NCBI GenBank assembly: GCA_019454415.1 | Contig: JACFOI010000006.1 | Span: 1-58,392, forward strand | Length of the DNA: 58,392 bases | Direction of reading: 5' to 3' | Source of the DNA: Patescibacteria group bacterium | Lineage (GTDB): Bacteria > Patescibacteriota > Microgenomatia > UBA1400 > PJMF01 | Made by a program: the position numbers and the translations under genes | Notes under the pieces: generated by a model | Databases searched by the model: none | Told to the model about the DNA's origin: nothing | Seen by the model: the letters and a program-made list of their open reading frames with translations, nothing else | Shown here: positions 42,656-52,120 of the stretch, piece by piece | How positions within the stretch are numbered: position 1 is the stretch's first letter | How the letters are laid out: the number at the start of each line of letters is the position of its first letter

Positions 42656-43123
42656 ATGAATACTCTTCAACCGACAATTCCATTAACTGCTGAGTTCTAT
42701 CAGCAACTTAAAACCAAGCTTGCTCAACTGACCAAAGAGCGGGCCGAAGTGATGAAGCGCCTGCAAGCTGCTCGGGAAATGGGAGATCTCTCTGAAAACG
42801 GTGCCTATAAATATGCTAAGTTCGAGCTTGGCTCGATTGGTCGGCAGCTTCAACAGCTTAGGTTTTTACTGGAGCACGGAAGAGTCGTAGAGAAACCTGT
42901 CAACCCATCTGCAGTCAGTTTTGGCTGTGTGGTAACTGTTGCCACTCCTCAGAAAACACTTACCTATCAGCTTGTCTCCCAGTACGAATCCAATCCCAAA
43001 GAGGGCAAGCTATCTATGGAAAGTCCGATCGGCGCAGCCTTGATGGGCAAAAAGGTGGGCGACTCCGTGACTGTTGAGATTCCGACAGGATCGGTCCAGT
43101 ATACCGTCACCAGAATCAGTTAG
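42656..43123 (+). CDS. greA: Transcription elongation factor GreA
   Basis: An N-terminal coiled coil with AREMGDLSENGAYKYAK, and a C-terminal globular domain with SMESPIGAALMGKKVGD. Confidence 0.9.
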   Translation: MNTLQPTIPLTAEFYQQLKTKLAQLTKERAEVMKRLQAAREMGDLSENGAYKYAKFELGSIGRQLQQLRFLLEHGRVVEKPVNPSAVSFGCVVTVATPQKTLTYQLVSQYESNPKEGKLSMESPIGAALMGKKVGDSVTVEIPTGSVQYTVTRIS

Positions 43124-43147
43124 GCTGTGCTCCGGCACCGGGACGCT

Positions 43148-43828
43148 TCAGTTCTTGATGTACTTAATCCCCAACTCCGGGATGACGACTTCCTTGGGTA
43201 ACTGGAGAACGGCTTCAATTATCTCTGCCACATACACTGGATCAAGTGCGTCGCTGAGATCCTTCTTGATTCCTACTCGGTCAAAAAGGTTGGTTACCAT
43301 CTTGCCTGGGTGGATATCAGTAACACGAATGCCGTACTTGGCCAATTCCGGCTGAAGCGACTTGGTAAAACCAGTGACAGCCCACTTGGTCAGCGTGTAG
43401 ACCGTCCGTTTCTCTTTGGCATAGAAACCAGCTTGGGAGTTCACGTTCAGGATGGTGCCATATCCTTGCTTCTTCATCACTGGGATTGCTGCTTTAGTGA
43501 GAAAGACCGGCCCCAGCGCATTGACCCGGACTACCTGCTCGATCCAGGCCGGGTCGTTTTCTTCCAGTTCGCCTTCAATCCAGATTCCGGCGTTATTGAT
43601 CAGATGATCGACAGTGCCGTATTTTCGGACCACATGGCCGACCACATCACCACACTGTTGGTACTGACTTACATCACAAACCTGGTAGTCGACCCCCAGC
43701 TGCTGCGCCACCTTTTCTACCTTGTCCGCAGTGGGTGAAAGAATGATCACCTGATACTTTGCTTTGAGCTGCTGCGCGAGTGCTCGTCCCAATCCGTCGC
43801 TTCCCCCAGAAATGATCACTGTCTGCAT
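43148..43828 (-). CDS. Short-chain dehydrogenase/reductase (SDR)
   Basis: VIISGGSDGLGRALA (TGxxxGxG-like), NNAG, and YTLTKWA (YxxxK). I chose the ATG at 43828 with SD GAAAGGGAAAG. Confidence 0.85.
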   Translation of the reverse strand: MQTVIISGGSDGLGRALAQQLKAKYQVIILSPTADKVEKVAQQLGVDYQVCDVSQYQQCGDVVGHVVRKYGTVDHLINNAGIWIEGELEENDPAWIEQVVRVNALGPVFLTKAAIPVMKKQGYGTILNVNSQAGFYAKEKRTVYTLTKWAVTGFTKSLQPELAKYGIRVTDIHPGKMVTNLFDRVGIKKDLSDALDPVYVAEIIEAVLQLPKEVVIPELGIKYIKN

Positions 43829-43904
43829 ACTTTCCCTTTCATTAAATTGATACAGCCTAACATATCGGCGCAGGGCAACCCACAATCTATGTTACTATTA
43901 GCCT

Positions 43905-44285
43905 ATGAAACTTAATCCGCTCACCCCGGAAGAAAAGCGGGTGATTGAGGATAAAGGCACGGAAGCCCCCTTCACCGGTGAGTACGATGACTTTTGGGTA
44001 GAAGGGACTTATATCTGTCGACGGTGTGAGACGCCACTCTACGTTTCCAATGCCAAGTTTCACTCAGGCTGTGGCTGGCCGAGCTTTGATCAAGAAATTC
44101 CCGGTGCAGTAAAACGTTTGCCCGATCCTGACGGTCGCCGGACTGAGATTGAGTGTGCAACCTGTGGTGCTCACTTAGGTCATGTCTTTGAGGGTGAGGG
44201 CTTTACCGAGAAAAATACCCGGCACTGTGTTAATTCGATTTCCCTGAAGTTCGTTCCCAAAGAAAAAGAAGGATCAATGAAATGA
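43905..44285 (+). CDS. msrB: Peptide-methionine (R)-S-oxide reductase MsrB
   Basis: [27 protein letters not shown] and RHCVNS. Confidence 0.92.
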   Translation: MKLNPLTPEEKRVIEDKGTEAPFTGEYDDFWVEGTYICRRCETPLYVSNAKFHSGCGWPSFDQEIPGAVKRLPDPDGRRTEIECATCGAHLGHVFEGEGFTEKNTRHCVNSISLKFVPKEKEGSMK

Positions 44286-44833
44286 CCGATAAAAAAACAG
44301 AAGTCGCTGTATTTGGGGGAGGATGCTTCTGGTGTACTGAGGCGGTGTTTTCTCGGGTGCGAGGCATACTGAGTGTAACTTCTGGCTATGCTGGTGGGAA
44401 GGTTCCCAATCCGACCTACTTTCAAGTCAGTGAAGAGTTGACTGGCCACGCTGAGGTGGTACGGCTCGAGTTCGATCCGAGCATCATTACCTACAACCAG
44501 CTTTTAGATATCTTTTGGCATGTCCATGACCCTACTACGCTCAATCAACAAGGAGCAGACGTAGGAACGCAGTACCGCTCTATCATTCTTTACACTACTG
44601 AAGAGCAAAAAGAACAAGCAGAGGCTATGCGCGCTGCGCTGGTGCAGTCCAACGAGTTTCGGGCACCCGTCGTGACTCAGATTCAAGCACTTGACCAGTT
44701 CTTCACTGCTGAGGAGTATCACCAAAAATACTATGAACGTAACCAGGATCAACCATACTGTCAGGTCGTCATCACTCCCAAAATTGAGAAGCTATTACAG
44801 AAATATGGCAAACTGATCAAAAAAGAAGAGTAA
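44282..44833 (+). CDS. msrA: Peptide-methionine (S)-S-oxide reductase MsrA
   Basis: The active-site motif is [13 protein letters not shown]. It overlaps msrB by 4 nt. Confidence 0.92.
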   Translation: MTDKKTEVAVFGGGCFWCTEAVFSRVRGILSVTSGYAGGKVPNPTYFQVSEELTGHAEVVRLEFDPSIITYNQLLDIFWHVHDPTTLNQQGADVGTQYRSIILYTTEEQKEQAEAMRAALVQSNEFRAPVVTQIQALDQFFTAEEYHQKYYERNQDQPYCQVVITPKIEKLLQKYGKLIKKEE

Positions 44834-44854
44834 GCAAAACAGCCCGGCTTACTT

Positions 44855-45862
44855 CTACTTAATCAGCATCCAAGTCGCGTACTCCTCCGGGGAGAGTTTA
44901 ATATCATCAGGGAGTTTGTCACTAATTAAGCGCTCAAAGTGTGAGACCAGCTTTTTTTTGGAGTACTCTTCAATAACGAGGGGATGAATATAGTACTTTC
45001 GGCAGACATTGACTGTATTCCCCAGGTGGTGGGAGACATCCTTGACCGCGGTTCTGACGTTCTTCTTGAGCTGAGTATCACTCTCCGGATCACCGAGTTG
45101 ATAGAGTGTCTGACCAGCTAAGGTCGTCCCACCCCAAGTTCGGAAATCCTTGGCTGAGAATGCCTCTCCCGAAATCTGCTGGAGGTATTCGTTCACGTCA
45201 CGAGAGTCCACTACTTGGCGCTCACCGTCGTCATCCAGATACTTAAACACTTCGTAGCCGGGAAGTTCGATACACTGGCGAATGGTCTTGGCCACCCGAG
45301 GATGGGTAACATTCAGCTCGTGATAAACGCCGCTTTTACCTTTAAAGCTGAAGCTGATCGTGTTGCCTTCGATGTCAACATGTTTTTGACGGAGTGTAGT
45401 CAGCCCATAGGACTTGTTTTCTTTGGCGTACTGTTGGTTACCGATCCGGATAAAAGTATGGTCAAGCAACCAGACCACGGTGGCCAGCACTCGATCGTGC
45501 GTCAGCGTATGTTGGCGCATGTGACCGGTAACGGTTTCCCGAATCGTCGGCAAGACTTCACCAAGCTTACTCATCCGGTCAAACTTTTGCTCCTGATTCG
45601 CCAGCATCCATTCTTGGTGATAGATGTACTGCTTGCGGCCTTTGGCATCAAAACCGACTGCTTGGATGTGGCCATTGGGATCCGAGCAAATCCTGACGTC
45701 GGTCCAGGCCGGCGGGATAACTAGCTTCTTGACGCGCAACACTTCCGAAGATGGCAGAACTTTGCCAGTGTTAGACAGGAATCGGAAACCCCGACCGCTC
45801 CGTTGACGGACATAGGTCAAGCGTGAGTCATCAACATAGTGAAGCTGTGAGGACTCAATCAT
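44855..45862 (-). CDS. Type IB DNA topoisomerase (bacterial/poxvirus-like TopIB)
   Basis: 335 aa. The N-terminus is IPPAWTDVRI. FRTWGGT and the C-terminal HLGNTVNVCRKYYIHP (catalytic Tyr region) are present. Confidence 0.8.
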   Translation of the reverse strand: MIESSQLHYVDDSRLTYVRQRSGRGFRFLSNTGKVLPSSEVLRVKKLVIPPAWTDVRICSDPNGHIQAVGFDAKGRKQYIYHQEWMLANQEQKFDRMSKLGEVLPTIRETVTGHMRQHTLTHDRVLATVVWLLDHTFIRIGNQQYAKENKSYGLTTLRQKHVDIEGNTISFSFKGKSGVYHELNVTHPRVAKTIRQCIELPGYEVFKYLDDDGERQVVDSRDVNEYLQQISGEAFSAKDFRTWGGTTLAGQTLYQLGDPESDTQLKKNVRTAVKDVSHHLGNTVNVCRKYYIHPLVIEEYSKKKLVSHFERLISDKLPDDIKLSPEEYATWMLIK

Positions 45863-46163
45863 GGGGATGCCACTGTGAATGATGAAGGTCTACTTTGTCG
45901 CCGCTGAAGATCACTCCTTCGGCAAGAAGCATTTGTTTCTTTGTCTTGATACCCTCTCCAGCGGAGTAGCCCACTAGACTCCCATCCGACGCGACAACTC
46001 TGTGGCAAGGCACAACAGGGGCATAGGGATTGGTTCGCATGCACATGCCAATCGCGCGCGCAGCGCGCGGACTTCCCACCAATGCCGCCAGCTGTCCATA
46101 CGTCACTACTTTCCCTTTCGGGATCTTACTGGTGAACTCGTAGACTTTTTCTTTAAATGTCAT
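45855..46163 (-). CDS. ogt: Methylated-DNA--protein-cysteine methyltransferase (Ogt/MGMT DNA-binding domain)
   Basis: IPKGKVVTYGQLAALVGSPRAARAIGMCMRTNPYAPVVPCHRVV contains the PCHR active site. Its 3' end overlaps the TopIB start by 8 nt. Confidence 0.88.
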   Translation of the reverse strand: MTFKEKVYEFTSKIPKGKVVTYGQLAALVGSPRAARAIGMCMRTNPYAPVVPCHRVVASDGSLVGYSAGEGIKTKKQMLLAEGVIFSGDKVDLHHSQWHPHD

Positions 46164-46248
46164 AGTTTGTTGTTCTAGTGTACCGCACTCCAAAAGAAAA
46201 GGAATGCAAAAAGGGACACCACGGTGGATGTCCCTTTCAACGATGGCG

Positions 46249-46551
46249 CTACTCCGCAGGTTCAGTGCTTTCTGCTTTCTTGCGGCGGTAGCTCACTCTA
46301 AATGTGCCGGGGATCGATGAGGGCGGTTGCGGTCCACGCGTCCGCTCCCACGCTTCTCCCAGCGCCTGTTCGATTTCTGCCTGCGTCATCCCCACCCAAT
46401 TGGGTGGCAGGTAGTTCTCGCCAGCGGGGCAGCCCCGGGCGCGACCCGTGTTGTTGTCCAGTAAGACTGAGACAACGTCATCTGATGGCAGGTAAAAACC
46501 GACCTCGTTTTGGGGGTTAATCGGCGGCTGTGGATTTAGTTCATCAGCCAA
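46249..46551 (-). CDS. Hypothetical protein (100 aa)
   Basis: TTG start with AAGGAG 8 nt upstream, and TATACT further upstream. I recognised no family. Confidence 0.5.
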   Translation of the reverse strand: MADELNPQPPINPQNEVGFYLPSDDVVSVLLDNNTGRARGCPAGENYLPPNWVGMTQAEIEQALGEAWERTRGPQPPSSIPGTFRVSYRRKKAESTEPAE

Positions 46552-46663
46552 GAGGTTTTCTCCTTGTGTAGCCCTAAAACGAAGGATCTAGTATAGCCGA
46601 AAAGGGGGAAATAATCAAATATTATGGGACTTTTCCAGATAAAAATGCCCGCTCACTGCTACC

Positions 46664-47200
46664 TCACTTTGAGGCTTTCCGCCGTGCCAGTTGTGCTTTT
46701 TTAATATTCGTTGACTGTGCTCGATGTTGGGCCAAAGTAGGTTTTTCAGCCTCAGGAACATTCTTTCGTGGATGTCCTTTGAAGATATCTCCTTTGACAT
46801 GGGTGACTGGCCCAACCACTTCCAGGATCTCGCCAGCGTCACGATCATCGGTCACTAAGCTATCACCTTCGAGATGGGCGATGTCTTTATCGATTAACCA
46901 CGCGTGGTCATCCCACGAACCGCTGGAACGCTTCCCAGCCAAGCGCAGAATCTTGCCTGGCTCTCCAACATCATGGTAACGAAAGGTCGTAAACTGTGAC
47001 TTGGGTCGTACTTCGATCCGATAGTACTCGCCTTCGCCTTTGCTTCCTGGTTTAGCACGGCCTCGTCCCTCAGGTTGCGCTAGAGCGCGTTGACGCGGCG
47101 TCATTGACTGCCACGTTTTCTGCGCCTTTCGGATATTTTTGCGAGCGGCTTTTTTTTGAGCTGTGGTTGCGGGCATCTCGACCTTTACTCCTTCGCTCAA
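46664..47200 (-). CDS. Hypothetical basic protein (178 aa)
   Basis: A clean ORF with Lys/Arg-rich termini. I recognised no family. Confidence 0.5.
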   Translation of the reverse strand: MSEGVKVEMPATTAQKKAARKNIRKAQKTWQSMTPRQRALAQPEGRGRAKPGSKGEGEYYRIEVRPKSQFTTFRYHDVGEPGKILRLAGKRSSGSWDDHAWLIDKDIAHLEGDSLVTDDRDAGEILEVVGPVTHVKGDIFKGHPRKNVPEAEKPTLAQHRAQSTNIKKAQLARRKASK

Positions 47201-47253
47201 CTATAGAAGAACTGTATGAGGAGCTCATCACTGTACTGTTATAAGAGAGTAAG

Positions 47254-49038
47254 TTAGTCCCATGTCATTTCGGGGTGAGCATTGGCAATGTCTTTTTGAG
47301 CCGCCCAACCTTTGCGCGCAGTCCAAACACCATATCGCATCAACGTCAAACCATTCACACTGTGCGCGTCGGTATCGATCACGAACCGGACACCAAAGGT
47401 CAGTGCCTGCTGAACTAATGGTGAAGGCAGATCTAAACGGTCCGGAGATGCATTGATCTCTAGATACTTGTGATGTGCAGCAGCAAACCGGAAAACTTCG
47501 TCCCAGTCACACTCGATCTCTTCCCGATGCGGCAGCTTCCGGGCAGTCGGATGACCGAAAATCTTCGCTTTGGGATGGGCCAATGCAGCGAGGATGCGCT
47601 GAGTATTGTGCTCGCGGACCGATTCACCATCTTCAGCTCGAGGATGAAACTGGGAGTGAATCGAGACAATTGCATAGTCGAGGAGCTCAAGCGCTTCATC
47701 TTCCAGCGCCAGCTTGCCACTGGGCAAGATGTCTACTTCGAGTCCCTTGTAGACGAGTGGGAGATGTCCAGGATTTTTTTGGTGAAACTTTTCTACTTCC
47801 CGATCGATCAACTCATTGCGCTCTCGGACTACTCGCAGCCGTTCGCTTGCTGACAGCTCTTGCTTGGGATTGTGATCAGAGAAACCGATGAACTCATACT
47901 TGAGTTCCTGCGCTTGGCGCAGGAGCTCTTCGATGCTGCTGACACCAAGGTCATGACTGGTGGGGAAAGGCAGATTAGTATGGACGTGTAGATCGCCTTT
48001 AATATCCTTGAGTTCGACCAAATCCGGGATCCGATCTTTCCGGGCAGCCTCGATCTCGCCATGATCTTCACGCAGTTCCGGTGGAATATAAGACAAACCA
48101 AGCGCCCGATAGAATGAGGCTTCATCCGTGTACTTAGCCGTCTTCTTGCCTTTCTTGATCCCATTCTCAGAAAGTGACAGGCCCATGCTGTTGGCGTAGG
48201 TTCGCAGGTGAATATTATGCAGTTTTGAACCGGTGTAGTGTTGGAGCATGCTACCCCATCGGTCAGGAGTCTGGGTTTTGATATCCACCTGCCAACCAGT
48301 GCTGTGAACAAAGATTACCATTTTGGAGCCGGAAGAAATCAGCTTCTGAAGGCGGGGGAACTTAAGGATATGCTGCTGAACGGCTTCAGGATCTTTAGTC
48401 TTGACCGCGATGTCGATGTCACCGATGGTGGGCGCCCGGCGCCGGAGGCTACCGAGCGCCTCAGCGTCCAACGTTGCGGGTGACTGCCGCAGGTAGCTGA
48501 GCACATCTTCCGAGATCTGCTCAGCCTCTGACAGCAAAAGCCTGTGCTCCTTGGGCTGCAGAAACTGTTCAATGGCCCGCAGAATTTTCTGTTGGGAGAT
48601 TTTGGAGAAGCCGCTGACTTTCTCGATTTCACCTTTTTGGGCCGCGCGGGCTATCTTCTGCACTGCGGTTTTGGGATCATTCAAATGAAAGAGCGTTGCT
48701 AACTTAACCGCTGTCTTGGGCCCGATTCCCGGAACTTCCAATAACGGGTACATTCCCGCCGGTTCGGTCGCCAGAACTTTATCAAAGTGTTTGATCCGAC
48801 CAGTCCGAAATAACTCGTCCAAGTACTTACAGAACTTCTCGCCAATTCCGGGAACTTCTTCTAGCTGTCCGGCTTGCCACATCTCTTTCAGGGGGGTAGG
48901 AAACTGCTCGATACTGACGGCCGCACTCAAGTACGCTTGCGTCCGAAATGCCTCGACACCTCGGATCGTATACACTGCTGCCACTTCACGAAAGAGGTCA
49001 GCAATCTCTGCGTTCGTCATCTCTTTTGAGCGCCGCAT
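47254..49038 (-). CDS. polX: Family X DNA polymerase with a C-terminal PHP domain (PolX)
   Basis: The helix-hairpin-helix (HhH) motifs are VPGIGEKF and VPGIGPKTA. GSLRRRAPTIGDIDIAV carries the catalytic Asp pair. The PHP motif is DLHVHTN...FSDHN. Confidence 0.88.
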   Translation of the reverse strand: MRRSKEMTNAEIADLFREVAAVYTIRGVEAFRTQAYLSAAVSIEQFPTPLKEMWQAGQLEEVPGIGEKFCKYLDELFRTGRIKHFDKVLATEPAGMYPLLEVPGIGPKTAVKLATLFHLNDPKTAVQKIARAAQKGEIEKVSGFSKISQQKILRAIEQFLQPKEHRLLLSEAEQISEDVLSYLRQSPATLDAEALGSLRRRAPTIGDIDIAVKTKDPEAVQQHILKFPRLQKLISSGSKMVIFVHSTGWQVDIKTQTPDRWGSMLQHYTGSKLHNIHLRTYANSMGLSLSENGIKKGKKTAKYTDEASFYRALGLSYIPPELREDHGEIEAARKDRIPDLVELKDIKGDLHVHTNLPFPTSHDLGVSSIEELLRQAQELKYEFIGFSDHNPKQELSASERLRVVRERNELIDREVEKFHQKNPGHLPLVYKGLEVDILPSGKLALEDEALELLDYAIVSIHSQFHPRAEDGESVREHNTQRILAALAHPKAKIFGHPTARKLPHREEIECDWDEVFRFAAAHHKYLEINASPDRLDLPSPLVQQALTFGVRFVIDTDAHSVNGLTLMRYGVWTARKGWAAQKDIANAHPEMTWD

Positions 49039-49053
49039 AGCTTCATTATACGT

Positions 49054-49986
49054 CTATCCCTGCGCAGTCATATCCTGCAACTTAGCAACGGCAATCTGTA
49101 CAGTTACCGGTAGCTGAGCAATCTTTTCGCGATCGGTAAGATCGATGAATCCTGTCCACTCCATATCCGGATCATGCGGCTGCTCCGGTTGACCTACCAG
49201 CTCTGCTCTGTAAAAAAGCTGTAGGGTCTGGTAGAAAATCTTCTTGCGGCGGTGAAAGAACCAATCAACTTTACTATGAATCAACTCTTTGACTGCAATA
49301 TGGGCTCCGCCCTCTTCCAGCGCTTCTCTATAGAGAGTATCTTCAACTGTCTCACCAAACTCCACTCCGCCACCCAGCACATCCAGTAACTTCTCTGCTT
49401 TATTTTTAGCAACGAGCAGTTGATCGTTCTTCACCACCAATGCATACACAGACACCCGCCACTCAATCTCCCCAGCTGTAAACTGAACAATATCCTCGTC
49501 GGCATCCCGGAACGTCCGCTGTTGAAGCGCTTGCTCGGCACTCAACCAACCCAAACGCAAGAAGAGCGAGATCGACGGTGGCGTGAGCGGATACTCCGCA
49601 ATTCTGTCCTGGGAAACCCACAACAGCTCAGAGAAGTCATCGCCAGCTTGAGCGTGGATCTGGTCTGCTTTTTCAGAGAGCTGGACCAAGTAAACAAAAA
49701 ACTGCATCTGTAATGGGACTACTTCGCCAGTCGGCAGCTTTTTGAGAGTTTCAGATGATCCCAAAGAATCTAGTTCCTGAATTGCTGCTCCTTCAATCAC
49801 TATCCCTGCCTCTTCAAGCACTTCGCGTTTGAGCGCGGTGATTCGGTCTTCCCCTTGTTCTATTCCTCCTCCGGGAATGTGCCACTTATCAAGATACACA
49901 CCTCCGCGTTGAGGGTTCTTTTTTCCAAACAGAAGTTTGTTATCTGCCGAAAGAATAACGGCTGAGACGATGTCGCGATGTAACAT
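49054..49986 (-). CDS. Tandem double-Nudix hydrolase
   Basis: It has two Nudix boxes, GGGIEQGEDRITALKREVLEEAG and GGGVEFGETVEDTLYREALEEGG. I chose the ATG at 49986 (SD GGAGAAG); the track start is TTG at 50007. Confidence 0.8.
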   Translation of the reverse strand: MLHRDIVSAVILSADNKLLFGKKNPQRGGVYLDKWHIPGGGIEQGEDRITALKREVLEEAGIVIEGAAIQELDSLGSSETLKKLPTGEVVPLQMQFFVYLVQLSEKADQIHAQAGDDFSELLWVSQDRIAEYPLTPPSISLFLRLGWLSAEQALQQRTFRDADEDIVQFTAGEIEWRVSVYALVVKNDQLLVAKNKAEKLLDVLGGGVEFGETVEDTLYREALEEGGAHIAVKELIHSKVDWFFHRRKKIFYQTLQLFYRAELVGQPEQPHDPDMEWTGFIDLTDREKIAQLPVTVQIAVAKLQDMTAQG

Positions 49987-50010
49987 AAGCTTCTCCATTC
50001 TACACAATAC

Positions 50011-50038
50011 AAAAAGTGGGTAGTTCCCTACCCACTTT
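50011..50038 (-). terminator. Rho-independent terminator after the KGG stress-protein gene
   Basis: An 11-bp stem AAAGTGGGTAG-ttcc-CTACCCACTTT whose minus-strand 3' arm runs into a T-tract (CTACCCACTTTTTG). Confidence 0.8.
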
Positions 50039-50071
50039 ACGAAGCTATCGTTCTTCAGCTACCCTTCGTTA

Positions 50072-50224
50072 CTAGCTTTGACCACCCTTGCGCCCTGCTT
50101 CCGAAACTTCTGACTTTGATCTGTTAGCAAAGTTTCCAGGGTTACTACTCTTTCCTTGATTCTTCCCTCTGTTATCACTAGAACTGTTGTCGGTGGAAGA
50201 ACCCTGATTTGATGAGTCTGGCAT
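50072..50224 (-). CDS. Small stress-induced KGG-repeat protein (YciG/con-10-like)
   Basis: 50 aa, hydrophilic, with a C-terminal SEAGRKGGQS. AAGGAGG lies upstream of the ATG at 50224. Confidence 0.65.
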   Translation of the reverse strand: MPDSSNQGSSTDNSSSDNRGKNQGKSSNPGNFANRSKSEVSEAGRKGGQS

Positions 50225-50370
50225 GAGTGCCTCCTTTCTGTATCTTTTATTTAAGTGTAGGATATTCAAGATCACCGCTCAGGCACGTAAAGAAAACGTA
50301 AGAGATCGAGGCTGTTCTGACCATCCTCGGGGTAGACAATCTGATTGGGAATATGTCAGTATGAGGGAAT

Positions 50371-51420
50371 ATGAAACAGATAACTCCTAGAGACTTCTAT
50401 CTGAACGAAGAAGCACTCAAACAACTTAAACTCGTAGCCGTTGCTTACTCCCACGTTGATCGTGCCGACTTTGCCACTGAAGGTGCTTACCACGCGGAGG
50501 TCGAAGTCGAAGAACGCGCTGAAGAAGTGATTAAACTGATCGAAAAGATGGGTATTCCGGTCAAGGGCTATCCTGCCAATCAGTACTTCTTCACCAACAT
50601 CTTGGTCGATAAACCAGACTTGGTGCTCAACTTGGTCGACACTGTTCGCGGCCGGGATAGCCTCCAACCAGCCATTCCAGGAGCACTCGAACTTTCTGGT
50701 ATTCAGTACACCGGCGCTGGCATGAGAGGTTTAGTGATCGGTAATGATCGGCATTTATTCAAGCAGTTGCTGTTGGCGCATGATATTCCGACACCTCCCT
50801 ATAAGTTCATTCGTGATCTTCGCTCGAAAGTGCCTGAGGACATGGGGACACCGCTGATCGTCAAACTCAACGAAAGTGGTGGCAGTGTTGGCATCGACAA
50901 CCGCGCAGTCAAAGAAACCCAAGCAGCAGCAGCAGCCAAAGTGCAGAAGATGATCGAGACATACAAGATTCCTGTGATTGTTGAGAAGTTTATCGGCGGA
51001 CCAGAAATCACTGCTGCTATCTATGACGACGGCTTGAAGAAACATATCTTCTTAGGCCAAAAAGTCTTTGGCATCAAGCCTGATGGCAAGCACGAGTTCA
51101 CCAGTTTAGAGAGCTATGAAGACCTGAAATCCTATCGCTATAAAGTACCCGACCAAGCCGTGATTGATAAAGTTTCTCCACTGATCGCCCGTGCGTTTGA
51201 CGTGCTGGGACACCGTGATTATGCCAAGTTTGATATTCGCTGGGATGAAGAGACGAACACTCCGTACTTTATTGACTGTAATCCGAACACTGCCTTTGGA
51301 CCTGACAAGGGACTACCCATGACAGAAGTCCTGTCACTTCATGGTGTTGAGTTCTCTCAGATTCTCAAGAGCATGCTCTGTAAGCACGCCAAGTACTTAG
51401 TCAAGAGCAACGCGCTGTGA
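50371..51420 (+). CDS. ATP-grasp ligase (D-Ala-D-Ala ligase-like family)
   Basis: 349 aa with ATP-grasp-type segments LIVKLNESGGSVGI, VIVEKFIGGPEIT and YAKFDIRWDEETNTPYFIDCNPN. The substrate is unknown. Confidence 0.75.
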   Translation: MKQITPRDFYLNEEALKQLKLVAVAYSHVDRADFATEGAYHAEVEVEERAEEVIKLIEKMGIPVKGYPANQYFFTNILVDKPDLVLNLVDTVRGRDSLQPAIPGALELSGIQYTGAGMRGLVIGNDRHLFKQLLLAHDIPTPPYKFIRDLRSKVPEDMGTPLIVKLNESGGSVGIDNRAVKETQAAAAAKVQKMIETYKIPVIVEKFIGGPEITAAIYDDGLKKHIFLGQKVFGIKPDGKHEFTSLESYEDLKSYRYKVPDQAVIDKVSPLIARAFDVLGHRDYAKFDIRWDEETNTPYFIDCNPNTAFGPDKGLPMTEVLSLHGVEFSQILKSMLCKHAKYLVKSNAL

Positions 51421-51442
51421 CCTAACTCGCTATAATGAGTGA

Positions 51443-52072
51443 ATGCAGCTTCAACGATTTCAACAGATCTCTGAGTCACACTGTGGGCCGGCGGTTATTC
51501 AGATGCTGCTGAATGCTGTTGACGTTTCTACTACTCAAGAAGCAATCACTAGAGCCGCCGGAGCTGAAGAAACCATCGAGGAAAAAGGAACGCGCATTGA
51601 TCAGCTAGCCCGCGCGGTCACCATCATCGCTCCTCGGCATATTTTCTGGTACAAGTACTACTCTTCAATTGAAGATATCGAGTATGTCCTGCAACGGGGA
51701 TACGGAGTCGGTGTGGAGTGGCAAGGTCTCTTCTACGATACGATTGAAGAGCAAGAAGAAGAAGAGGACTATGGTGAGTCAGGCCACTACAGTATCATCT
51801 CGTTTCTTGATCAGGAGCTCGAGCAGTTAATTTTAGTAGACCCGTATAAAGACTTTGCCCGCCAAAATCGGATCCTACCGATCGAGATGTTTGTCCGCCG
51901 TTGGTGGGATAAAAACGATATCTATGATCCTGTACTGGGAAAAACGCGGACCGTCATCGACGAACAGTTGTTGTTTTTTGTCACACCAGCTACCGAACTT
52001 TTTCCTGAAGAGAGAGGCTTTAAGCAGTTCAACTCAGTTCGGGCAAGTGGGGTCGGGAGCCTCGGGTGGTAG
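51443..52072 (+). CDS. Papain-fold C39-like cysteine peptidase/amidase domain protein
   Basis: ISESHCGPAVIQML (Cys14), GESGHYSIIS (His115) and LVDPY (Asp133) are in the Cys-His-Asp order of C39-like peptidases. There is no signal peptide. Confidence 0.6.
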   Translation: MQLQRFQQISESHCGPAVIQMLLNAVDVSTTQEAITRAAGAEETIEEKGTRIDQLARAVTIIAPRHIFWYKYYSSIEDIEYVLQRGYGVGVEWQGLFYDTIEEQEEEEDYGESGHYSIISFLDQELEQLILVDPYKDFARQNRILPIEMFVRRWWDKNDIYDPVLGKTRTVIDEQLLFFVTPATELFPEERGFKQFNSVRASGVGSLGW

Positions 52073-52120
52073 GATGTACGGCTTTTTTGTCCTGCGTAAC
52101 ATGTGTTACCATGAGCACAA

